A DNA stretch of 64,000 bases from Octopus bimaculoides (GCF_001194135.2 NC_068985.1:124012061-124076060), one strand, 5' to 3'. Shown: positions 1-12,834, numbered from the stretch's first letter. The notes: a model not told the origin generated them from the letters alone. Translations and numbers: made by a program.

Positions 1-990
1 ATATACATATATACACACATATATATATATGTTAATATACATATATATGTATAGACGCACACTTACACATAGACACATATTTATATATATGTGTGTGTAT
101 GTATGTGTATGTGTATGTGTGCGTGTGTGGGTGTGGGTGTGAATTAAACAATACGTATACTTATATTTTTACCGAACAAGAAATAAGGAAGTAGATTGAA
201 TGAACTTACCGTTGCATTGAACTCGCTCAAGAGATTTGATAGATATTAAATAAACTTCATTGGTTATTTTATTTATTTTGCAATTTCTTTTACTTTCTTT
301 ATTTTCTATTTTTTTTTTGTTTGTGATCAACAAATAAAAAATTATTTTATTATTTCGTTCTCTGTTTTAAAATTAAATTTTTCTGAACAAAGTTTCCAAA
401 TCGCAAGTTTGTTAATAAAACACCATATAAGATTACACACACATATACATATATGTATTACGTACGTGTGATGCGTATATGTATATCGAATGCGTATATC
501 TAATGTCTGAATATGTATGTGTGTGCGTATATATATATATGCACACACACACACATATGTGCAGAAAGCGAATTTTCATTAATATAGGCTTTGATCAAAG
601 TCAAGACTACACAATCACGTCTTTCTTATGATTTAAAGATGGCGAGAATATGTCTTTTGGATTGTGCCAGTTTGATCTTATGTTCTTTTCGCATTCTTGC
701 ATAATTATGTAGGAGATTTTTCCAGTTTCTTGTATTTTTTTTTTCTAGATATTTTCCAATTCTTTTCAAAATGACTTCACTTTATACTTTCTTATCATTT
801 CGATCTAAGTTATTGTGTTCGTCCAGCTCTCTAGCGCTGCTCATTTAATACTAGTCTTGCTCTCGGTGGTTATTTGGCAGACACTGTTGATATATTCAAT
901 CTAATGGTTTATGATATTTCATTTCACATTCCAAGTTCACCACTCCCTCAATAGTCAATAACATGTCATTAGTATTATTTTAGTAGTACT

Positions 991-1178
991 AAGGTGACGA
1001 AGAGCCAGAACCGTAACCTGCCGGAGAAAATGCTTACCAGCATTTCATCCATCTCTACTTTCTGCGTTCGAACTCCGCTCAGGGCGACTTTGCCTTTCAT
1101 CCTATCAGGGTCGATGAATTAAGTACCAGTTGAGCAGATGAATTAAGTACCAGTTGTGCCTATGACAGAAAAGATTAT
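991..1178 (+). mobile_element. tRNA-derived SINE, family A (degenerate copy with a 20-bp internal duplication)
   Basis: Aligns by eye to the cleaner copy at 27524-27742 (aaggtg...gcctttcatcc...gggtcgat...aagtaccagttg...gtgcctat..agaaagattat); gatgaattaagtaccagttg occurs twice. Confidence 0.75.
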
Positions 1179-1251
1179 CAATTATACTAACACCATTAGT
1201 ATTATTAGTACTATAAATGTTATAAAATTTATCAATAAATTTTTTTTTAAG

Positions 1252-1410
1252 ATTACCACAGGCCTGAAATTTAGGAAGTGGGTCTAGTCGATTACATTGA
1301 CTCCAGTGTTGAGCTAGTACTTATTTTATCGACCCGGAATGATGAACGGCAAAGTCGACCTCTGCACAACTTGTAGATCCAGAACGAATGTTGCTGAGTA
1401 TTTTTCACTG
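1252..1410 (-). mobile_element. SINE family A, partial
   Basis: Reverse complement of the family A body (ggcctgaaattt...gtcgattacat...tacttattttatcgaccc...ggcaaagtcgacctc). Confidence 0.75.
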
Positions 1411-1448
1411 CCTTTAACATTATGAATAACACTGATATTATTGATTTC

Positions 1449-1641
1449 AAATTTTGGCCCAAGGTCAGTAATTTCAGAGATCGGGTAAGTCGATTACATT
1501 GACACCAGTGATCAATTGATATTTATTCTATCGAACCCGAAACGGTGGAATTTTAGCTCGGTGGAATTTGAGCTCAGGACGTAAAGTCGGACATTAGAAA
1601 TTTTGCCCGGCGTGCTAACAATTTTACCAGTTCGTTGCCTT
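1449..1641 (-). mobile_element. SINE family A
   Basis: Reverse complement includes the tRNA-like head (ttttgcccggcgtgctaac...ccagttcgttgcctt) and the alternative 3' end (aaattttggcccaagg). Confidence 0.8.
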
Positions 1642-1699
1642 CTAATAATACTGGCATTATTAATAACATTATTTATATTAAATATAGATCTAAAGATTG

Positions 1700-2960
1700 G
1701 TAGAATCATTAGTCAACATGATGGAAGGTGGGAGATTTGGACGAGCAGTATACAAAATACCATGCAGTATTTAACTACGAATCTTTGCGGCCTAATTTTA
1801 AGTATACTCAAAATCCACTTCCTCTTTCATAATTCCATGATTGATAGATTAACAATGAAGTACTGGAGTAAGTTGAAATATGTGACTACACCCTTCATTC
1901 AAGCATTTTCTACCCTTGTTCGAAATTACTATTATAATATGAAAGGTAGAATTTGTAGGGTATTGGAGAAAATGATGGGAGCGTAGAATTGATACGTTAT
2001 CGGAAATAGATATTTCAGCATCTACTTATGTCCCTTCACACTCTTAACTTTACATCTTGGCTATGTCTACTTTGCAGTTCCTCCCTTGTGTGAAGACTGC
2101 AATAAATATCAAATATTGTATCGCCATTCATAGTACCAAAAGTACGATGAATACCTAATAATGGTAATGGCTACTTCGAATACCTAGCTCTAGAAAGTTG
2201 TCAGGAAGATATCTTCACACTCTGTGTGCATTCAAGTTCTGTAAACCGCATCAATTTATTACATCCACATAACTTTGGATACAGAAAACAACAACCAAGT
2301 GTAATAATTTGAAGTGCTGCTGAGATAGATAGAATGAGCTGTCGGAGCAGCAGGCTATCGCAAACAACTACTGGAATTTTGTTAAAGGAATTGACAAATA
2401 CCTAGGGATCGTGCAAAGATGATCCACATCAATGTGTCAGCATATACAGAAGAAACGAGTAACATTTAAAATGTATTTATGAATAAGAAATAATAAGTCT
2501 TTTGCGTAAAGCCCACAGGCATCCTCAAACATAAAGTAGAGATCAAAACAAACCCCACTGTTTTTCTATCTTGCTGATAGAGTGTGAAAATTTCCAGAGA
2601 ATCTGCTTTACATTTCAGTAACACAACACCTTGCAAATTCCCCCTCAGCGTTAAAAGTACCGAAGTGTAGAAAAGAATAAGAAATGTATTTAAAACAACC
2701 AACGCATTACAGAATGTTTTATAAAGGACACGCAAGACTGTCGCTAATAGTCAGACTACAAGAACAACGGAAGACTTCCATGACATAAAAAGCATCTAAG
2801 TCAAAAATAGCTGACCATAGACGGTGTAAGAAAAGAAACGATACTCCGGTAGAGATTGAAATTTCTATACTTGAGAGTAAACCACTGCAAAAAAATAAAA
2901 CATCAAGGGCAGTGTATGAATGACTCTTCCTGAACCTAATGCCTAATGTTAGTACCACCA
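1700..2960 (+). mobile_element. Highly decayed Penelope-like (Poseidon-type) retroelement relic
   Basis: Broken frames give EDIFTLCVH (cf. DDIFVIW), INLLHPH/TLDTENNNQ (cf. INSLHPNIKFTMETE), DDPHQCVSIYRR (cf. TSVYRKPT), IRNVFKTTNALQNVL (cf. IRTVFKPTNTL) and KSKIADH, in the expected PLE order; many stops. Confidence 0.45.
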
Positions 2961-3734
2961 TCAGCTCAATATGGCTTCCATTACTGAGTGATAATTATAA
3001 ATATTGATTTCAAATGGGGAAGAGTTTTTGTTTTCTAATCTAAGGGTAGCAACCTCTTTATTCTCCATAGCGGTAATTGTAATTCTAGGCGAAGGCATAA
3101 TGAGTATGAAAATATGCAGTATAAAGACGAGATTAATTCTACAGAGAATTATAATCTAATTAACAACTCATCTTTTTACAATTAATTTATTATTTTTTAG
3201 ATATGCAGTCAAGAAACTGACTTCGACAACTGCTTTCAATTTTTGTGTGGATGATAGCGATTTAATTCATTATAAAAAAACGAAGCTAAGATGAATTTTG
3301 ATAAAAAAGAAGTCATTAACCTATTATGACACATGTCCCCAAGGTATTATCGCTTGCATGTAGTTACTACTTCACATAAGGCATAAGTGGCCTAGTGACA
3401 TTCACACTCATACGTCGTGAGTTAACGCTTTGGTTAGAGACAATTACCATTATATGACAGCTCTCAGACAACCAGAACTTTCAAAACAGGAATATTGAGA
3501 TTGACACCTATGATACATTCGCATTTGCATTATATATCTGCAATAATGTGATCTGTTTTCAAACTTTTAAACGTATTGAGATTTGTATTTTTGTAAATTA
3601 TACGGTACACCTAATATGTAGACAATTTAATTTAATAATCTTTGAAAGTTATGTATGGAAAAAAATATTGTTAAGGATTCTTTATGTCATTTATCTATCT
3701 ATCTAGCTGCCAATCTGTCTGGCTTACTATCTGT

Positions 3735-3793
3735 ATGTATGCATGTATGTATGTACGTATGTATGTATGTATGTCCATATGTCTGTCTGTTCG

Positions 3794-3868
<75 letters not shown>

Positions 3869-3945
3869 GTATGTATGTATGTATTTATGTATGTATGTAT
3901 GTATGTATGTATGTACGTATGTATGTATGAATGTATGTATGTATT
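3735..3945. repeat. Compound tetranucleotide microsatellite (TATG)n-(TATC)n-(TATG)n
   Basis: Direct inspection. Confidence 0.95.
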
Positions 3946-4156
3946 TCCATCTGTCTGTGTCTGCCCGTCTGTCTTCTATCTATTTATCAATTTATCTATG
4001 TCTTTCATCCTCTCTCTGTATATATATAGATATATATATCTACCTTTTCCTTTGTCTCTGATATTTTTCTAATCCTTTAATCCCGCTGCCCCCTCCCCAT
4101 CTCTCCTCCTTCCGCGTGACCGGTGTCAATATATATACATAATTATATTTATATCT

Positions 4157-4605
4157 ATAATTTAGAGAAGAACCACCATGGTGCAACTCAAACGATGAAG
4201 GAGGTCAGACACCATCAAGAAAAGCGTACTATACAAAATACTAGTTTAAAAATCTAAAAAATCCAAGAGAAAATTTGTACTCCATAAAATCTATAAAATA
4301 TTAGACTAAAAACTTAAATCAGTTTAGTAAATTTATAAAAACGAAAGTGAATGAAAGACTACGCGCGTTTCATGGCCACATAAAAGTCACCATGAAACGC
4401 GCGTAGTCTTTCATTCACTTTCATTTTTATAAATTTACTAAACTGATTAAAATTTTTAGTCTAATATTTTATAGATTTTATGGATCACAAATTTTCTCTT
4501 GGATTTTTTAGATTTTTAAACTAGTATTTTGTATAGTACGCTTTTCTTGATGGTGTCTGATTTCCATCGTTTGAGTTGCACCATGGTGGTTCTTCTCTAA
4601 ATTAT
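4157..4605. repeat. Long fold-back inverted repeat (~219-bp arms, 14-nt centre)
   Basis: 4157-4375 is the reverse complement of 4390-4605 with few mismatches or indels; centre ccacataaaagtca. Confidence 0.95.
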
Positions 4606-4693
4606 TAATATATTTCTCATTATATAATTCAATTTAATATTATTAAATTGTATACCCTTGTAAGTTCGGATTTTGAAATTCCTTAAAATTATA

Positions 4694-5910
4694 ATAGACG
4701 AGAAAAGAAGATAATAATGACAGGTCTTAGGATGCACCACCCAAAATCTGACATAGAAAGGTTATACATACAACATACTGAAGGTGGTAGAGGCCCTATA
4801 GAGCTAGAAAACTATTACAAAATAACTGCCTTAGGATTACAGAAATACCTACTTCAGAAGCAAGGGAAACTGATACAAATAGCCACAAAACACGAACAAA
4901 ACAAAAACTGTCTTCAGTCTTTAAGGAAGCTGACAAATGCAAAAAGCGAATCATAGTACCTAACAACCATGAAGAAAAAGAAGAAACGTCAAAAGTTGTG
5001 AAACAACTGAAATCCCAACTAAAACTATCACAGCAACGGATCATGATAAAACGATGACAAGAAAAGCCTCTTCGTGACAAATATTAGGTTAAACTAAACA
5101 GAAAAGAAATAGACAAAGCAAAATCCCAACAATAGCTGAGAAGGATAGAACTCAAAGCAGAGACTGAAGGATTTTTAATTGCAGTACAAGATCAAAGCCT
5201 TCCTACCAGACATCACCTAAAACATATAATGAAGAGAAATACAAGCAACTGCATAATATTTGGTGATGGAGAAGAAACAATAAATCATATTGTGTCTGGC
5301 TGCCCAGTTCTGGCTAAGAAGTAATATATTCACAGACACGTCAGAGTTGGAACCTAAATAGACGGGAAGCTATGACAACATTATGAAATCACAACAGAAA
5401 AAAGATGGTATAGGCACATGCCTGAAAAGATCATAGAAAATGAGAAAGCAACCATAGTCTGAGATATGCCAATACACACAGAGAAATCAATTCTAATAGG
5501 GCGGATATAGTTGTCAGAGATCACCAAGAAAACAAATGCTTTCTAATCGATGTATCAATACCAACAGATGACAATGTTTATTTATAAGAAACGGAGAAAC
5601 TTTAAAAATACAAAGATTTGGAAATAGAGCTAAGTCGAATTATGCAACCTATTCTAGTAGACGCATTAGGTATGATGAGAAAAACATTCAGATAAATACA
5701 TAACAAAAATTCCAAGGCTTACAAGTATATATAGCATACAGAAAATAGCACTACTAGACACAACACACATCTTACGTAAAACACCTTCAAGGGAATGAAA
5801 ATAAGAGCATCACAACAAACCACAACGCATACCTGAGGCACACAGATCTGCACTTGGTAGCGCAGTGAAAGCAGGTGATAAAAATAAGATTACTGAACAA
5901 TATTAATAAT
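4694..5910 (+). mobile_element. R4/Dong-type non-LTR retrotransposon, 5'-truncated pseudogene (RT thumb, Zn knuckle, RLE endonuclease, 3' UTR)
   Basis: MHHPKSDIERLY..EGGRG; ETEGFLIAVQDQSL; ETINHIVSGCPVLAK..HRH; IV.DMPIHT..NRADIVVRDHQENKCFLIDVSIP; ends in aatattaataat. Several stops and frameshifts. Confidence 0.9.
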
Positions 5911-6092
5911 TCTTCTTACTAAAGGCACAAGCCCTGAAACTTTGGGTTGGAGGACTAGACGATTACATCGACCCTAGTGTTTCACTGGTACTTAAAGGTA
6001 AAGTCAACCTCGGCGGAATTTGAATTCAGAACGTAAAGACGGACGAAATGCTACTAAGCATTTCGTCCAGCATGCTAACGATACTGCCAGTT
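5911..6092 (-). mobile_element. SINE family A (small internal deletion)
   Basis: Reverse complement of family A from tail (ctaaaggcacaag) to head (catgctaacgatactgccagttc). Confidence 0.85.
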
Positions 6093-6215
6093 CCGCTGAG
6101 GTCGACTTAGCCATTCATCTTTTCGGGGTCGATAAAATAAGTACCAGTTGAGCACTGTTTTCGATGTAATCAACTTTCTAGAATTGCTGATCTTGTGCCA
6201 AAATTTGAGACCAAC
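6093..6215 (+). mobile_element. SINE family A, 3' part, abutting the head of the opposite-strand copy
   Basis: ccgctgaggtcgactt...ggggtcgataaaataagtaccagttgagcac...cttgtgccaaaatttga. Confidence 0.8.
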
Positions 6216-6259
6216 AAGAAAACTTTCTTACACATGAGGAATAGCCTGGACTGCTCGTT

Positions 6260-6690
6260 TCAAACTTGAAAACATCAGCCAATGAAGAATGTCAAAGTCA
6301 GTAAGGCTTGCTTTCTTTGGGGCTTGTGCAGAAAGCATATTACAGAGGTAGTTAGCCATTGGTATCCTCCAGAATTCTATCTGTCTTAGAAAAGGAAATT
6401 GAACTCAGTCTGCCTGATGAGTGAATGACAAATATTGACGGTGAATGAGGGAGGCCTATGTGTGGTCGTGCGATTGTAAGAAACGGCAGTGGTAAAATTT
6501 TACAAGATACATATCCCTTTTGAAATAGTGGCAATCGAAACAATAGGTATTTCCGGTAAATCAACGAAGGCTTTCATCAACACCATCGGAGCCATGATAG
6601 CTGAAATAGCATTTCGCTATGGCTGTGGCAACGAAGTGGTTTAGTAAATCGTTTGAGGCAAATCGCGACAAAGCTTTGCACGTCAGAGAC
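6260..6690 (+). mobile_element. CRE-like RLE non-LTR retrotransposon, C-terminal fragment (decayed)
   Basis: IVAIETIGISGKSTKAFINTIGAMIAEI...LWLWQR resembles the PVAVET.G..G.....L..RISL..QRGN end of CRE-type RLE domains; same family type as 13440-13910. Confidence 0.55.
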
Positions 6691-6761
6691 TTACTGGAAT
6701 ATTAATAGCTATATCCTCGTCTTTTGTTTATCAATATAGAAATTAAACCGTGGTTATCAAT

Positions 6762-7235
6762 TAACGCATGTGTAGTAATTAGTTTGCTTCTCACCCAAAG
6801 GATTCCGAGTTCGTTTCCAATGTGTGGCACATTGAACAAACGTCTTCTAGTTTCGTCTCGATGTGACCAATGTTTTGTAAGTGGGTTTAGGAAGCGGAAA
6901 CTGAAAGAAGCCCGTCGTATGTATATATGTATCTGCATGCGTTCGTGCGTGTGTGAGTGTGTGTGTGCGTGCGTGCGTATGTGCGTGATGAATTTGTGTG
7001 TTTGTGTGTGCGCGTGCGCGCGTGTGTGTATCTTTGAGTTTGTATTTGTCCCCCACCAACGCTTCACAACCACTGTCGGAGTATTTACGTGACCACATCT
7101 TAGCGGTTCGACTAAAGAGACCGATAGAATAAGTATCAGGCTTAAAAAGAATAAGTCCTGGGGTCAACTGTGCCCCAGCATAACCGCAGTCTGATGACTC
7201 AACCAAGTAAAAAGAAATAAAAGGATAAAAAAGTT
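6762..7235 (+). mobile_element. SINE family C (tRNA head, CORE-like segment, internal GT microsatellite, AAAAGAAT tail)
   Basis: Colinear with 47817-48230: gtggcac.ttg..caa..gtcttct...ggaaactgaaagaagcccgtcgtat-(GT)n-ttgtccccc...aagagaccgatagaataagta...aaaagaaataaaag. Confidence 0.85.
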
Positions 7236-7569
7236 TAAGAATATTTACAGATATTTATTGATGAGGAGAGGAGACTCAATATTGAGAGTAGAGTCAAATT
7301 TCTCGTAAAAATCATATTGACTTAGTCTTTAAGTTTCGCCTGAACACATGTTTATAATGTGTGTGTGATAGAGAGAGAGAAAACGTGCGTGTATACGTGT
7401 GTGTGTGTGTGTGTGTGTGTAAAGATAAAAATACCTAAATATACAGTATATAAATAACCTTGAAGCCATTCTGTAAAATGTAGCTACTGCAGTTAAATCA
7501 CATGGTTTTTGGTCAGTGTCAAGGATCAGCCTAACTAATTTCAGATTTTCTAACTACTTTATGATAGAT

Positions 7570-7930
7570 CAATAACTCATTTCCTGGTCACACATAGTTT
7601 CAGGATCTCTTTCAAGGCTTCCAATGTTGGTGAGAGGAACAGAAGTTATACCCTGACGGGGGACCTGTCGGAATGCTTGAAACGGAGTGAACACCACTGG
7701 AGCCATACATGCTCCACGTGGCATGATGAAAGCGAGTTACAAATTACAGCTATCACTTAAGAACAGAATGTTTAACGGTAAACCGCCCACGGTTTCTTTC
7801 AAAAAATTTTCACTCGAGGGGCTTTGGTCGAACCAATACCAGAGTGAGATCAAGGTACCGTGCAGAATTCCAAACCAAGTAGCAGCGAAGAGGATCTCTT
7901 CTTAACTAAACAGCTACAAGCGGAAGGCTT
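7570..7930 (-). mobile_element. Possible L1/Tx1 LINE post-RT fragment (very decayed)
   Basis: Minus strand gives weak matches (WFDQSPSSENF; IAVICNSL; SVPLTNIGSL, cf. CCQHPLNGGLG); GC-richer than its flanks. Confidence 0.3.
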
Positions 7931-8270
7931 ATATTTACGTTACTCAAGCAATGCTTTCTGATTAAGAATCTTAATCAAAGCCATTTTGATGTTATTCATT
8001 TCGTATCTCACATTGTTGGTTACAAGTTTCCGAAAAGGCAATCACTAGCTCACTGTATATCTAGTGGCAATAATAAAAACGAACTGAGTGTAATTCGGTG
8101 AAAAGAAAGTAGCTCAGAAAACTTCGTTCGTAAAGAATGGCTATTTGTATTCTAAGCAACGTTTATAGCTTGCTATGTCCCTCCTATTGCTCCACAACTT
8201 CCTTTTTTTAACCTATTTACTTTGGAAAAGATGCCTATATAACATATATTCTTCTTATGTCATTGCTGCG

Positions 8271-8298
8271 CTGATTGGCCTATTGCGTTGTGACGTCA
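8271..8298. promoter_or_regulatory. Adjacent NF-Y-type CCAAT box (CTGATTGG) and perfect CRE palindrome (TGACGTCA)
   Basis: CTGATTGGCC at 8271-8280 and TGACGTCA at 8291-8298 in apparently unique sequence; motif presence only, function not shown. Confidence 0.3.
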
Positions 8299-8555
8299 TA
8301 ATCAGAGTAGGCGTCTGATAGCATTTTATTTAGAATCCAATTATGAACAGACGTAATATTGTGTTGAGAGATAAACAAGATTTGTGGTATGTAGCAACGA
8401 TTGGCATTTTTTCTTTGGGATCTCATGCCTCTATAATTGATGTGCATTTACATTCTATTTGATATTTCTGTTTAGTTTCTCACTCTTTTTATATGTATAT
8501 GCGTGTGCGGGTGCGCGTACACGTGTCGCTCACCCTCCACTTTTTATACACACAC

Positions 8556-8587
<32 letters not shown>

Positions 8588-9264
8588 GTATGCATGTATG
8601 TATGTATGTATGTATATATGTTCACACGTCTGAATGTGCAAAGAAGAATATTATGTATTACAATTGAAAAACTATTCAGAACATCATCTATAACGTTGTT
8701 GTCGTTCTATACATGTTTTTCAGTAAGAACTTTCAACGGTGAAGCAGAATGATAATGACATCAGTATAACTGGTCTTATAAGGCATACGAATGCTGTGGA
8801 CCCCTTTTATCTATACGTAACAAATAACAAAAAAACTGTTGATCGTAAACATACTTATAATTATCCTAGAGACAGATAATTTTGACTTTTGCTCAGTCTT
8901 TTGGTTGTGGGTCAGAAAGGTGGGGATAACTATGATTCATTCTCTCGTCAGTGCAATGTAGTAACGTAGCTACCGAGGACAAGGAGATGGTCCGCCCCAA
9001 ACAATAATTTTGATCTGTTGTATAAATTTTGCGAACTGGAAAGGCGTGGAAAACTTAAGAGCGGCTGCTCCACGTGGCACACACTCTAACTGTGCCACTG
9101 GTGCAATGATTCTTCACTTCTATAATACACAGTTTCGCAAAAAATGATATTTGTTACATGACGCCTTTCAAAATGTGGGAATTGTGCTGGGGTGATTTGC
9201 ATTATTACATCAGATCTATGTTACGAAGAATAGCTATTCTTGCTGGTGTTATTGTTGCTCTTAT

Positions 9265-9480
9265 TATTTAGTCCCAGGTTGATCATAACCATGCAGATTC
9301 ATTATCAAAGTGGTTCCAGCCGTAACCTTCCCACCCGTTATTCAGTTATTGCTCGTCCAGATCTACATTATCCAAAGTCTCCCCATTTTAAGACCTCGGA
9401 ATTATGATTTAAAAACGATTTCGTCTGGCTTTTATTTCTAACAAATTCAGATACCACATAGAAACTCTAACACTGGTTTG
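9265..9480 (+). repeat. Interspersed repeat, family D (unclassified)
   Basis: Shares tcaaa..ttccag.cgt.ac...ttttaag...tatttcta with 54480-54620. Confidence 0.45.
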
Positions 9481-10308
9481 TTTTGTTATTTAGCGTCTAA
9501 AGAACATTAATTATACTGTAATATGTTGGGATACTTGAGACAAAAAAAAAAGCAACTAAAACTATCAACAATTTCAGACACCTCATTGACTGAGCAGTCA
9601 TATTTATAACCATCTTGTGTAGTAGAAGAATAATTACACATATGTTTTAACATGAGTAGAATAACTATGACGAGAAAAATAGGAAACAAGGAAAGTATAA
9701 AGTAATCCGAATCTGATTCCAATTGCAGAGCGTAAATCACATTTTAATTGAGAGAAATTTGGGTGATGAAAATGAGATCAATAACATGATTTAGTAGTCA
9801 CTACCAACAACAACAACAGCAGTAGCAGCAGCAGCATTGTGGCAAAACGTATAATACATCAACGCATGTGTTTATATATGTATACATAAACATATGCATT
9901 TAACATATATATATATATATATATAATTATATGTACTTCTTCTATCTTAATGAATAATAATTCTTCGGATAGAATAAATGGGTTAATAGAAACCAATGTA
10001 GCAAAGAACACAAAACACATAGGTTGTAATCCTTTGAAACATATGTAGGAATAAAGTATGCAATTATAACATGCGTTTTCTCCATTCCTTAAATTTATNN
10101 NNNNNNNNNNNNNNNNNNNNNNNNNNNNNNNNNNNNNNNNNNNNNNNNNNNNNNNNNNNNNNNNNNNNNNNNNNNNNNNNNNNNNNNNNNNATATATATA
10201 TATATATATATATGAAGAAAGAGAGAGAGAGAGTTAGGCATATGCATATAAACACAGAAGTTTATTTTTAATGTGTCTGTATGCGCGTGTATTACGTATG
10301 TGTGTGTG

Positions 10309-10351
<43 letters not shown>

Positions 10352-10379
10352 ATTTGCGTCTGCGTGTTCGTGTGCTATT

Positions 10380-11650
<1,271 letters not shown>

Positions 11651-11789
11651 AAATTCCAAAGAATAGCAATACTAAGTTCTGTAAATATTGAGGTATTTTC
11701 ACAGATCATTTGTTAGCATTGTATATATTATTAGTGCAATCTCACCTATCAATTGTTAACCGTAAACATTTTTCTGCAGGCAACGTCAA

Positions 11790-12110
11790 CAATGAGTAGC
11801 CCATATTACGATTATTCGCTAGTACGAAAAAAGAACTCAAAAAGAATAAAATGGACGAAAAATATGAATCTAAACGTCCTACGCTGCTACTTCAAATCTC
11901 TTATAAACAACTCCAATTCATACAGGCGATCAATGCATCGACATTGGAAAGAAATGTATCCAAAATCACCAGTTTCCCCAGCCAGATTAGTTGGTCAAAA
12001 AAGAAATATATTCGACCATTTAAAGAACTCCCGTAGTGAAGATAATTGGTTAACGGAGTCAGACATCGATAATGAAATTTGTGAGTGTTGTAATTTATTC
12101 AGTAATGTTG
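11790..12110 (+). mobile_element. R4/Dong-type ORF N-terminal domain fragment
   Basis: RIKWTKNMNLNVLRCYF...YRRSMHRHWKEMYP...RLVGQKRNI..NWLTESDID matches my recollection of the R4/Dong N-terminal motif (KWT.E.N...MRCY...YR.RMH..W...P....QRL.DQRR.I..N.WL). Confidence 0.65.
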
Positions 12111-12127
12111 TGGATAGGAGAAATGAT

Positions 12128-12725
12128 GGATCTATTTTAAAACGGAGGCCACATTTTTCATTAATATTTTACGTAGTGTTTTTGGTACGGAAAGACTTTC
12201 AAACTTCGTATATTTATCTATTTTGTGTTATAGAACAGAAAAATATTTTTGTATTCGAATTTATTTCATGTAAAAAATTGTCTTATTTCGATAATTTCAA
12301 CCAATCACTGACAAGTATTCAGTTGTTTATATTTACTCCTTTGGCTGATTAAGCGATGTAAAGCGTATTTAATCTCCATACCTTCGTTTTATTCGCTTTT
12401 TTTCATTTTAAATTTGCTTTAACCCTAACCCTAACCCTAACCCTAACCCTAACCCTAACCCTAACCGTAGGGTTAGGGTTAGGGTTAATTGTTTCAGAAT
12501 CGTTTGTTTATGTAGTCGGCACTTAATGTATATCGGCTGAATGGACGTCAGTGATTGGTTGAAATTACAGAAATACGACAACTTTCACATGGAATAATTT
12601 ATGGATTTCTTGTTTTTTAAGAAGACTAAGAGAAAAAGATGTTTTATATGACACATTCTACCAGTGTTCCAAGTTTCAAAGTGTTTCGTTAATGAAAAAT
12701 GTGGCCCCCGTTTTAAAAAAGATCG
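12128..12725. mobile_element. Non-autonomous DNA transposon (MITE), Merlin-like, with internal inverted telomeric repeat; copy 1
   Basis: ~38-bp TIRs ggatctattttaaaacgg.ggccacatttttcattaa; exact 8-bp TSD gaaatgat (12120-12127 and 12726-12733); near-identical to 39755-40318. Merlin is inferred from GG termini plus an 8-bp TSD. Confidence 0.9.
12421..12486. repeat. Interstitial telomeric repeat (AACCCT)7-AACCGT-(AGGGTT)3
   Basis: Direct count; lies inside the MITE. Confidence 0.95.
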
Positions 12726-12834
12726 GAAATGATGGTAGGTTATTAACAATAATGGTAGTAGGATTTGTCTTTGTAATCATTATCAGGTCGGAAACAATGG
12801 ACTGAAAGCTTCTTAGTAGCGGAAATAGAACGTT

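Noticed and set aside
210-361. Minus-strand exon with perfect donor ACG|gtaagt
   Set aside because: The body is low-complexity A-rich sequence with a K/N/I-biased peptide; insufficient support.
3191-3285. YAVKKL kinase-subdomain-II-like peptide after an acceptor-like ttttttag
   Set aside because: The frame hits a stop with no credible donor, and no other kinase motifs are nearby.
11753-12352. 199-aa ORF as a host gene
   Set aside because: It is a chimera of an R4 N-terminal fragment reading into the MITE; the C-terminal part recurs as ORF 39791-39979 in MITE copy 2.
12421-12486. Telomere-telomere chromosome fusion scar
   Set aside because: The orientation is CCCTAA then TTAGGG, the opposite of an end-to-end fusion, and the tract sits inside a TSD-flanked MITE present twice.
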